From Eledone cirrhosa (Eukaryota), in NCBI GenBank assembly GCA_964016885.1, contig OZ024741.1:258106001-258170000 (forward strand): 64,000 nt of DNA, read 5' to 3'. A model generated the notes under the pieces. The model was not told where the DNA came from and searched no databases. It worked only from the letters and a program-made list of their open reading frames with translations. The position numbers and the translations under genes are program-made. Shown piece after piece: positions 51,508 to 63,211 of this stretch. The stretch's first letter is position 1. Each line of letters opens with the position of its first letter.

Positions 51508-53394
51508 GTTTCGCTTTACGAGTGTTTCGACTTACGAGTGTTTCGACTTACGAGTGTTTCGGCTTACGAGTGTTTTGACTTACGAGTGTTTCGGCTGGCG
51601 AGTGTTTCGACTTACGAGTGTTTTGACTTAATGGTGTTTCGACTTACGAGTGTTTCGACTTACGAGTGTTTCGACTTACGAGTGTTTCGGCTTACGAGTG
51701 ATTTGACTTAAGGGTGTTTCGACTTACGAGTGTTTCGATACGAGTGTTTCAAATTACGAGTGTTCTGACTTACGAGTGTTCCGACTTACGAGTGTCTCGG
51801 CTTACGAGTGTTTCGATACGAGTGTTTCGACTTACGAGTGTTCGGCTTACGAGTGTTTCGACTTACGAGTGTTTCGACTTACGAGTGTTCTGATTTACGG
51901 TTGTTTCGACATACGAGTGTTTCGACTTACGAGTGTTTCGACTTACGAGTGTTTTGACTTACGTGTGTTTTGACATACGAGTGTTTCGATACGAGTGTTT
52001 CGACTTACGAGTGTTCTGACTTACGATTGTTCTGACTTACGAGCGTTGTGACTTACGAGTGTTTCGGCTTACGAGTGTCTCGGCTTACGAGTGTTTCGAC
52101 TTACGAGTGTTTCGACTTACGAGTGTTCCGACTTACGGGTGTTTCGACTTACGAGTGTTTTGGCTTACGGTGTTTCGACTTACGAGTGTTTCGAGTTAAG
52201 AGTGTTTTGACTTAAGCGTGTTTTGACATACGAGTGTTCTGACTTACGAGTGTTCTGACTTACGAGTGTTCTGACTTACGAGTGTTCTGACTTACGAGTG
52301 TTCTGACTTACGAGTGTTCCGACTTTAGCGTGTTTCGGCTCACGAGTGTTTCGGCTTACGAGTGTTTCCGGCTTACGAGTGTTTCGACTTACGAGTGTTT
52401 CGACTTACGAGTGTTTTGACTTACGGTGTTTCGGCTTACGAGTGATTAGACTTACGAGTGTTTTGACTTACGGGTGTTTTGACTTACGGGTGTTGTGAAT
52501 TACGAGTGTTCCGATTTACGAGTGTTTTGACTTACAGTGTTTCGGCTTACAAGTGATTCGACTTACGAATGTTTTGACGTACGGGTGTTTCGGCTTGCGA
52601 GTGTTTCGACTTACGAGTGTTTCAACTTACGAGTGTTTCGGCTTATGAGTGTTTCGACTTACTAATGTTTTTACTTACGAGTGTTTCGGCGTACGAGTGT
52701 TTTGACATACGAGTGTTTCGACTTACGAGTGTTTTGACTTACGAATGTTTTGACTTACGGGTGTTTCGGCTTACGAGTGTTTCGACTTACGAGTGTTTCG
52801 GCGTGCGAGTGTTTCGACTCACTAATGTTTTTACTTACGAGTGTTTCGGCGTACGAGTGTTTCGACTTACGAGTGTTTCGACTTACGGGTGTTTCGGCTT
52901 ACGAGTGTTTCGACTTACTAGTGTTTTGACTTAAGGGTGTTTCGACTTACGAGTGTTCCGACTTACGAGTGTTTCGACTTACGAGTGTTTCGGATTACGA
53001 GTGTTTTGACTTGAGGGTTTTCGACTTACGAGTGTTTCGATACGAGTGTTTCGACTTACGAGTGTTCTGACTTACGAGTGTTCTGATTTACGGATGTTTC
53101 GACACACGAGTGTTTCGAATTACGAGTGTTTCGACTTACGAGTGTTTTGACTTGCGGGTGTTTTGACATACGAGTGTTTCGATACGAGTGTTTTGACTTA
53201 CGAGTGTTCTGACTTACGAGTGTTCTGACTTACGAGTGTTCTGACTTACGAGTGTTCTTACTTACGAGTGTTCCGACTTACGAGTGTTTCGGCTTACGAG
53301 TGTTTCGACTTACGAGTGTTCCGACTTACGGATGTTTCGACTTACGAGTGTTTTGGCTTACGGTGTTTCGGCTTACGAGTGTTTCGACTTACAA

Positions 53395-53463
53395 AAATAA
53401 CAAATAGACGCGGTTTCAAATCTCTATGCTTTTCAAATTCATTACATTAATCTTTATTTATAC
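53395..53463 (+). repeat. 69-bp spacer, copy 24
   Basis: Preceded by GACTTACAA. Confidence 0.95.
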
Positions 53464-55421
53464 GTTTCGCTTTACGAGTGTTTCGACTTACGAGTGTTTC
53501 AAAATACGAGTGTTTCGGCTTACGAGTGTTTTGATTTACGAGTGTTTTGACTTACGGGTGCTTCGACTTACGCGTGTTTCGACTTACGAGTGTTTCGACT
53601 TACGAGTGTTTCGACTTACGAGTGTTTCGGCTTACGAGTGTTTTGACTTACGAATGTTTTGACATACGATTGTTTCGGCTTACGAGTGTTTCGACTTACG
53701 AGTGTTCTGACTACGAGTGTTCTGACTTACGGGTGTTCTGACTTACGAGTGTTCCGACTTACGAGTGTTTCGGCTTATGAGTGTTCCGACTTACGAGTGT
53801 TTCGGCTTACGGGTGTTTCGACGTACGAGTATTTTTGGCTTACGAGTGTTTCGACTTACGAGTGTTTTGAATTACGATTGTTTCGGCTTACGAGTGTTTC
53901 GACTTACGAGTATTTCGACTTACGAGTGTTTTGACTTATGGGGGTTTTGACATACGAGTGTTTCGATACGAATGCTCTGACTTACGAGTGTTCTGACTTA
54001 CGAGTGTTCTGACTTACGAGTGTTCTGACTTACGGGTGTTCTGACTTACGTGTGTTCCGACTTACGAGTGTTTCGGCTATGGGTGTTTCGACTTACGAGT
54101 GTTTCGACTTACGAATCTTTTGGCTTACGAGCTTTTCGGCTTACGAGTGTTTCGACTTACGAATGTTTTGGCTTACGAGTGTTTCGGCTTACGGGTGTTT
54201 CGACTTACGAGTGTTTCGACTTACGAGTGTTTTGACTTACGGTGTTTCGGCTTACGAGTTATTCGACATACGAGTGTTTCGATTTACGGGTGTTTCGACT
54301 TACGGGTGTTTCGACTTACGAGTGTTTCGACTTATGAGTGTTTCGACTTACGAGTGTTCTGACTTACGAGTGTTCTGACTTACGAGTGTTCCGACTTACG
54401 AGTGTTTAGGTTTACGAGTGTTTCGACACACGAATGTTTTGACTTACGGGTGTTTCGACTTACGGGTGTTTCGACTTACGAGTGTTTCGGCTTACGAGTG
54501 TTTCGACTTACTAATGTTTTTACTTACGAGTCTTTCGGTGTACGAGTGTTTCGACAGAAGGATGTTTCGATTTACGAGTGTTTCGACTTACGAGTGTTTC
54601 GGCTTACGTGAGTTTCGACTTAAGAGTGTTCTGATTTACGAGTGTTCTGACTTGCGGGTGTTCTGATTTACGAGTGTTCCGACTTACGAGTGTTTCGGCT
54701 TACGAGTGTTTCGCCTTGTGGGTGTTTCGACTTACGAGTGTTTTTACTTACGGTGTTTCGGCTACGAGTGTTTCGACATACGAGTGTTTTGACTTACGGG
54801 TGTTTCGACTTACGAGTGTTTTGACTTACGAATGTTTTGACTTACGGGTGTTTCGGCTTACGAGTGTTTCGACTTACGAGTGTTTCGGCTTACGAGTGTT
54901 TCGACTTAATAATGTTTTTACTTACGAGTGTTTCGGCGTACGAGTGTTTCGACTTACGAGTGTATCGACTTACGGGTGTTTTGACTTACGGGTGTTTCGG
55001 CTTACGAGTGTTTTGACTTAAGGGTGTTTCGACTTACGAGTATTTTTGGCTTACGAGTGTTTCGACTTACGAGTGTTTTGACTTACGAGTGTTCTGATTT
55101 ACGGATGTTTCGACATACGAGTGTTCAGATTTACGAGTGGTCCGACTTACGAGTGTTTCGACTTACGAGTGTTTCGACTTACGAGTGTTTTGACTTACGG
55201 TGTTTCGGCTTACGAGTGTTTCGACTTACGAGTGTTTTGACTTACTGGTGTTTTGACATACGAGTGTTTCGATACGAGAGTTTCGACTTACGAGTGTTCT
55301 GACTTACGAGTGTTCTAACTTACGAGTGTTCTGACTTACGAGTGTTCTGACTTACGAGTGTTCCGACTTACGAGTGTTTCGGCTCACGAGTGTTTCGGCT
55401 TACGAGTGTTTCGACTTACGA

Positions 55422-55490
55422 AAATAACAAATAGACGCGGTTTCAAATCTCTATGCTTTTCAAATTCATTACATTAATCTTTATTCATAT
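55422..55490 (+). repeat. 69-bp spacer, copy 25
   Basis: TTCATAT end variant. Confidence 0.95.
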
Positions 55491-56045
55491 GTTTCGCTTT
55501 ACGAGTGTTTCGACTTACGAGTGTTTCGACTTACGAGTGTTTCGGCTTACGAGTGTTTTGACTTACGAGTGTTTTGACTTACATGTGTTTCGACTTACGC
55601 ATTTTTCGACTTACGAGTGTTTCGACTTACGAGTGTTTTGACTTACGGATGTTTTGACTTACGGGTGTTTCGGCTTACGAGTGTTTCGACTTACGAGTGT
55701 TTCGACTTACGAGTGTTTTGACTTACGAGTGTTTTGACTTACGGTGTTTCGGCTTACGAGTGTTTCGACTTACGAGTGTTTTGACTTACGGGTGTTTTGA
55801 CATACGAGTGTTTCGATACGAGTGTTCTGACTTACGAGTGTTCTGACTTACGAGTGTTCTGACTTACGAGTGTTCTGACTTACGAGTGTTCTGACATACG
55901 TGTGTTCTGACTTACGAGTGTTCCGATTTACGAGTGTTTCGCCATATGAGTGTTTCGACTTACGAATGTTTTTGCTTACGGGTGTTTCGACTTACGAATG
56001 TTTTTGCTTACGAGTGTTTCGGCTTACGAGTGTTTCGACTTACGA

Positions 56046-56112
56046 AAATAACAAATAGACGCGGTTTCAAATCTCTGCTTTTCAAATTCATTACATTAAT
56101 CTTTATTTACAC
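56046..56112 (+). repeat. Spacer, copy 26 (67 bp)
   Basis: 2-bp deletion (ATCTCTGC) plus TTTACAC end. Confidence 0.95.
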
Positions 56113-57002
56113 GTTTCGCTTTACGAGTGTTTCGACTTACGAGTGTTTCGACTTACGAGTGTTTCGACTTACGAGTGTTTCGACTTACGAGTGTTCTGAA
56201 TAACGAGTGTTCTGACTTACGAGTGTTTCGACTTACGAGTGTTCTGACTTAGGAGTGTTCTGACTTACGAGTGTTCCGACTTACGAGTGTTTCGACTTAC
56301 GAGTGTTTCGACTTACGAGTGTTTCGACTTACGAGTGTTTCGGCTTACGAGTGTTTTGACTTACGAGTGTTCTGACTACGAGTGTTCTGACTTACGAGTG
56401 TTTCGGCTTATGAGTGTTTCGACTTACGATTGTTTCGGCTTATGAGTGTTTCGACTTACGAGTGTTTCGGCTTACGAGTGTTTCGACTTACGAGTGTTTC
56501 GACTTACGAGTGTTTCGGCTTACGAGTGTTTCGACATACGGGTGTTTCGACTTACGGTGTTTAGGCTTACGAGTGTTTCGACTTACGAGTGTTCTGACTT
56601 ACGAGTGTTCTGACTTATGAGTGTTCTGACTTACGAGTGTTCTGACTTACGAGTGTTCCGACTTACGAGTGTTTCGGCTTACGAGTGTTTCGGCTTACGA
56701 GTGTTTCGACTTACGAGTGTTCTGACTTACGAGTGTTCTGACTTATGAGTGTTCTGACTTACGAGTGTTCTGACTTACGAGTGTTTCGACTTACGAGTGT
56801 TTCGACTTACGAGTGTTTTGACTTACTGGTGTTTTGACATACGAGTGTTTCGATACGAGTGTTTCGACTTACGAGTGTTCTGACTTACGAGTGTTCTAAC
56901 TTACGAGTGTTCTGACTTACGAGTGTTCTGACTTACGAGTGTTCCGACTTACGAGTGTTTCGACTCACGAGTGTTTCGGCTTACGAGTGTTTCGACTTAC
57001 GA

Positions 57003-57071
57003 AAATAACAAATAGACGCGGTTTCAAATCTCTATGCTTTTCAAATTCATTACATTAATCTTTATTTATAC
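57003..57071 (+). repeat. 69-bp spacer, copy 27
   Basis: Reference form followed by GTTTTGCTTT. Confidence 0.95.
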
Positions 57072-58941
57072 GTTTTGCTTTACGAGTGTTTCGACTTACG
57101 AGTGTTTCGACTTACGAGTGTTTCGGCTTACGAGTGTTTCGACTTACGAGTGTTTCGACTTACGAGTGTTTTGACTTACTGGTGTTTTGACATACGAGTG
57201 TTTCGATACGAGTGTTTCGACTTACGAGTGTTCTGACTTACGAGTGTTCTGACTTACGAGTGTTTCGACTTACGAGTGTTCTGACTTACGAGTGTTCTGA
57301 CTTACGAATGTTCCGACTTACGAGTGTTTCGACTTACGAGTGTTTTGACTTACGAGTGTTTCGACTTACGAGTGTTTCGGCTTACGAGTGTTTTGACTTA
57401 CGAGTGTTCTGACTACGAGTGTTCTGACTTACGAGTGTTTCGGCTTATGAGTGTTTCGACTTACGAGTGTTTCGGCTTATGAGTGTTTCGACTTACGAGT
57501 GTTTCGGCTTACGAGTGTTTCGACTTACGAGTGTTTCGACTTACGAGTGTTTCGACTTACGGGTGTTTCGACTTACGAGTGTTTCGACTACGAGTGTTTC
57601 GACTTACGAGTGTTTCGACTTACGAGTGTTTCGACATACGGGTGTTTCGACTTACGGTGTTTCGGCTTACGAGTGTTTCGATACGAGTGTTCTGACTTAC
57701 GAGTGTTCTGACTTACTAGTGTTCTGACTTACGAGTGTTCTGACTTACGAGTGTTTCGGTGTACGAGTGTTTCGACTTAAGGATGTTTCGACTTACGAGT
57801 GTTTTGACTTACGAGTGTTTCGGCTGGCGAGTGTTTCGACTTACGAGTGTTTTGACTTAATGGTGTTTCGACTTACGAGTGTTTCGACTTACGAGTGTTT
57901 CGACTTACGAGTGTTTCGGCTTACGAGTGATTTGACTTAAGGGTGTTTCGACTTACGAGTGTTTCGATACGAGTGTTTCAAATTACGAGTGTTCTGACTT
58001 ACGAGTGTTCCGACTTACGAGTGTCTCGGCTTACGAGTGTTTCGATACGAGTGTTTCGACTTACGAGTGTTCGGCTTACGAGTGTTTCGACTTACGAGTG
58101 TTTCGACTTACGAGTGTTCTGATTTACGGTTGTTTCGACATACGAGTGTTTCGACTTACGAGTGTTTCGACTTACGAGTGTTTTGACTTACGTGTGTTTT
58201 GACATACGAGTGTTTCGATACGAGTGTTTCGACTTACGAGTGTTCTGACTTACGATTGTTCTGACTTACGAGCGTTGTGACTTACGAGTGTTTCGGCTTA
58301 CGAGTGTCTCGGCTTACGAGTGTTTCGACTTACGAGTGTTTTGACTTACGAATGTTTTGACTTACGGGTGTTTCGGCTTACGAGTGTTTCGACTTACGAG
58401 TGTTTCGGCTTACGAGTGTTTCGACTTAATAATGTTTTTACTTACGAGTGTTTCGGCGTACGAGTGTTTCGACTTACGAGTGTATCGACTTACGGGTGTT
58501 TTGACTTACGGGTGTTTCGGCTTACGAGTGTTTTGACTTAAGGGTGTTTCGACTTACGAGTATTTTTGGCTTACGAGTGTTTCGACTTACGAGTGTTTTG
58601 ACTTACGAGTGTTCTGATTTACGGATGTTTCGACATACGAGTGTTCAGATTTACGAGTGGTCCGACTTACGAGTGTTTCGACTTACGAGTGTTTCGACTT
58701 ACGAGTGTTTTGACTTACGGTGTTTCGGCTTACGAGTGTTTCGACTTACGAGTGTTTTGACTTACTGGTGTTTTGACATACGAGTGTTTCGATACGAGAG
58801 TTTCGACTTACGAGTGTTCTGACTTACGAGTGTTCTAACTTACGAGTGTTCTGACTTACGAGTGTTCTGACTTACGAGTGTTCCGACTTACGAGTGTTTC
58901 GGCTCACGAGTGTTTCGGCTTACGAGTGTTTCGACTTACGA

Positions 58942-59010
58942 AAATAACAAATAGACGCGGTTTCAAATCTCTATGCTTTTCAAATTCATTACATTAATCT
59001 TTATTCATAT
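58942..59010 (+). repeat. 69-bp spacer, copy 28
   Basis: Copy 25 + 3520. Confidence 0.95.
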
Positions 59011-59565
59011 GTTTCGCTTTACGAGTGTTTCGACTTACGAGTGTTTCGACTTACGAGTGTTTCGGCTTACGAGTGTTTTGACTTACGAGTGTTTTGACTT
59101 ACATGTGTTTCGACTTACGCATTTTTCGACTTACGAGTGTTTCGACTTACGAGTGTTTTGACTTACGGATGTTTTGACTTACGGGTGTTTCGGCTTACGA
59201 GTGTTTCGACTTACGAGTGTTTCGACTTACGAGTGTTTTGACTTACGAGTGTTTTGACTTACGGTGTTTCGGCTTACGAGTGTTTCGACTTACGAGTGTT
59301 TTGACTTACGGGTGTTTTGACATACGAGTGTTTCGATACGAGTGTTCTGACTTACGAGTGTTCTGACTTACGAGTGTTCTGACTTACGAGTGTTCTGACT
59401 TACGAGTGTTCTGACATACGTGTGTTCTGACTTACGAGTGTTCCGATTTACGAGTGTTTCGCCATATGAGTGTTTCGACTTACGAATGTTTTTGCTTACG
59501 GGTGTTTCGACTTACGAATGTTTTTGCTTACGAGTGTTTCGGCTTACGAGTGTTTCGACTTACGA

Positions 59566-59632
59566 AAATAACAAATAGACGCGGTTTCAAATCTCTGCTT
59601 TTCAAATTCATTACATTAATCTTTATTTACAC
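59566..59632 (+). repeat. Spacer, copy 29 (67 bp)
   Basis: Copy 26 + 3520. Confidence 0.95.
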
Positions 59633-60522
59633 GTTTCGCTTTACGAGTGTTTCGACTTACGAGTGTTTCGACTTACGAGTGTTTCGACTTACGAGTGTTT
59701 CGACTTACGAGTGTTCTGAATAACGAGTGTTCTGACTTACGAGTGTTTCGACTTACGAGTGTTCTGACTTAGGAGTGTTCTGACTTACGAGTGTTCCGAC
59801 TTACGAGTGTTTCGACTTACGAGTGTTTCGACTTACGAGTGTTTCGACTTACGAGTGTTTCGGCTTACGAGTGTTTTGACTTACGAGTGTTCTGACTACG
59901 AGTGTTCTGACTTACGAGTGTTTCGGCTTATGAGTGTTTCGACTTACGAGTGTTTCGGCTTATGAGTGTTTCGACTTACGAGTGTTTCGGCTTACGAGTG
60001 TTTCGACTTACGAGTGTTTCGACTTACGAGTGTTTCGGCTTACGAGTGTTTCGACATACGGGTGTTTCGACTTACGGTGTTTAGGCTTACGAGTGTTTCG
60101 ACTTACGAGTGTTCTGACTTACGAGTGTTCTGACTTATGAGTGTTCTGACTTACGAGTGTTCTGACTTACGAGTGTTCCGACTTACGAGTGTTTCGGCTT
60201 ACGAGTGTTTCGGCTTACGAGTGTTTCGACTTACGAGTGTTCTGACTTACGAGTGTTCTGACTTATGAGTGTTCTGACTTACGAGTGTTCTGACTTACGA
60301 GTGTTTCGACTTACGAGTGTTTCGACTTACGAGTGTTTTGACTTACTGGTGTTTTGACATACGAGTGTTTCGATACGAGTGTTTCGACTTACGAGTGTTC
60401 TGACTTACGAGTGTTCTAACTTACGAGTGTTCTGACTTACGAGTGTTCTGACTTACGAGTGTTCCGACTTACGAGTGTTTCGACTCACGAGTGTTTCGGC
60501 TTACGAGTGTTTCGACTTACGA

Positions 60523-60591
60523 AAATAACAAATAGACGCGGTTTCAAATCTCTATGCTTTTCAAATTCATTACATTAATCTTTATTTATAC
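60523..60591 (+). repeat. 69-bp spacer, copy 30
   Basis: Copy 27 + 3520. Confidence 0.95.
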
Positions 60592-63142
60592 GTTTTGCTT
60601 TACGAGTGTTTCGACTTACGAGTGTTTCGACTTACGAGTGTTTCGGCTTACGAGTGTTTCGACTTACGAGTGTTTCGACTTACGAGTGTTTTGACTTACT
60701 GGTGTTTTGACATACGAGTGTTTCGATACGAGTGTTTCGACTTACGAGTGTTCTGACTTACGAGTGTTCTGACTTACGAGTGTTTCGACTTACGAGTGTT
60801 CTGACTTACGAGTGTTCTGACTTACGAATGTTCCGACTTACGAGTGTTTCGACTTACGAGTGTTTTGACTTACGAGTATTTCGACTTACGAGTGTTTCGG
60901 CTTACGAGTGTTTTGACTTACGAGTGTTCTGACTACGAGTGTTCTGACTTACGAGTGTTTCGGCTTATGAGTGTTTCGACTTACGAGTGTTTCGGCTTAT
61001 GAGTGTTTCGACTTACGAGTGTTTCGGCTTACGAGTGTTTCGACTTACGAGTGTTTCGACTTACGAGTGTTTCGACTTACGGGTGTTTCGACTTACGAGT
61101 GTTTCGACTACGAGTGTTTCGACTTACGAGTGTTTCGACTTACGAGTGTTTCGACATACGGGTGTTTCGACTTACGGTGTTTCGGCTTACGAGTGTTTCG
61201 ATACGAGTGTTCTGACTTACGAGTGTTCTGACTTACTAGTGTTCTGACTTACGAGTGTTCTGACTTACGAGTGTTTCGGTGTACGAGTGTTTCGACTTAA
61301 GGATGTTTCGACTTACGAGTGTTTTGACTTACGAGTGTTTCGGCTGGCGAGTGTTTCGACTTACGAGTGTTTTGACTTAATGGTGTTTCGACTTACGAGT
61401 GTTTCGACTTACGAGTGTTTCGACTTACGAGTGTTTCGGCTTACGAGTGATTTGACTTAAGGGTGTTTCGACTTACGAGTGTTTCGATACGAGTGTTTCA
61501 AATTACGAGTGTTCTGACTTACGAGTGTTCCGACTTACGAGTGTCTCGGCTTACGAGTGTTTCGATACGAGTGTTTCGACTTACGAGTGTTCGGCTTACG
61601 AGTGTTTCGACTTACGAGTGTTTCGACTTACGAGTGTTCTGATTTACGGTTGTTTCGACATACGAGTGTTTCGACTTACGAGTGTTTCGACTTACGAGTG
61701 TTTTGACTTACGTGTGTTTTGACATACGAGTGTTTCGATACGAGTGTTTCGACTTACGAGTGTTCTGACTTACGATTGTTCTGACTTACGAGCGTTGTGA
61801 CTTACGAGTGTTTCGGCTTACGAGTGTCTCGGCTTACGAGTGTTTCGACTTACGAGTGTTTCGACTTACGAGTGTTCCGACTTACGGGTGTTTCGACTTA
61901 CGAGTGTTTTGGCTTACGGTGTTTCGACTTACGAGTGTTTCGAGTTAAGAGTGTTTTGACTTAAGCGTGTTTTGACATACGAGTGTTCTGACTTACGAGT
62001 GTTCTGACTTACGAGTGTTCTGACTTACGAGTGTTCTGACTTACGAGTGTTCTGACTTACGAGTGTTCCGACTTTAGCGTGTTTCGGCTCACGAGTGTTT
62101 CGGCTTACGAGTGTTTCCGGCTTACGAGTGTTTCGACTTACGAGTGTTTCGACTTACGAGTGTTTTGACTTACGGTGTTTCGGCTTACGAGTGATTAGAC
62201 TTACGAGTGTTTTGACTTACGGGTGTTTTGACTTACGGGTGTTGTGAATTACGAGTGTTCCGATTTACGAGTGTTTTGACTTACAGTGTTTCGGCTTACA
62301 AGTGATTCGACTTACGAATGTTTTGACGTACGGGTGTTTCGGCTTGCGAGTGTTTCGACTTACGAGTGTTTCAACTTACGAGTGTTTCGGCTTATGAGTG
62401 TTTCGACTTACTAATGTTTTTACTTACGAGTGTTTCGGCGTACGAGTGTTTTGACATACGAGTGTTTCGACTTACGAGTGTTTTGACTTACGAATGTTTT
62501 GACTTACGGGTGTTTCGGCTTACGAGTGTTTCGACTTACGAGTGTTTCGGCGTGCGAGTGTTTCGACTCACTAATGTTTTTACTTACGAGTGTTTCGGCG
62601 TACGAGTGTTTCGACTTACGAGTGTTTCGACTTACGGGTGTTTCGGCTTACGAGTGTTTCGACTTACTAGTGTTTTGACTTAAGGGTGTTTCGACTTACG
62701 AGTGTTCCGACTTACGAGTGTTTCGACTTACGAGTGTTTCGGATTACGAGTGTTTTGACTTGAGGGTTTTCGACTTACGAGTGTTTCGATACGAGTGTTT
62801 CGACTTACGAGTGTTCTGACTTACGAGTGTTCTGATTTACGGATGTTTCGACACACGAGTGTTTCGAATTACGAGTGTTTCGACTTACGAGTGTTTTGAC
62901 TTGCGGGTGTTTTGACATACGAGTGTTTCGATACGAGTGTTTTGACTTACGAGTGTTCTGACTTACGAGTGTTCTGACTTACGAGTGTTCTGACTTACGA
63001 GTGTTCTTACTTACGAGTGTTCCGACTTACGAGTGTTTCGGCTTACGAGTGTTTCGATTACGAGTGTTCCGACTTACGGATGTTTCGACTTACGAGTGTT
63101 TTGGCTTACGGTGTTTCGGCTTACGAGTGTTTCGACTTACAA

Positions 63143-63211
63143 AAATAACAAATAGACGCGGTTTCAAATCTCTATGCTTTTCAAATTCATTACATTAATC
63201 TTTATTTATAC
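63143..63211 (+). repeat. 69-bp spacer, copy 31
   Basis: Copy 24 + 9748. Confidence 0.95.

Larger units (their letters stand above)
54801..61840 (+). repeat. Near-identical 3520-bp tandem duplication
   Basis: 55024/58544, 55453/58973, 57212/60732, 58005/61525. Confidence 0.93.

Noticed and set aside
4841-63211. CRISPR-like array (spacer minus strand contains ATTTGAAAC, similar to CRISPR repeat ends)
   Set aside because: The intervening DNA is 0.6-7 kb of satellite, not unique 30-40-bp spacers. No leader or cas genes are present.
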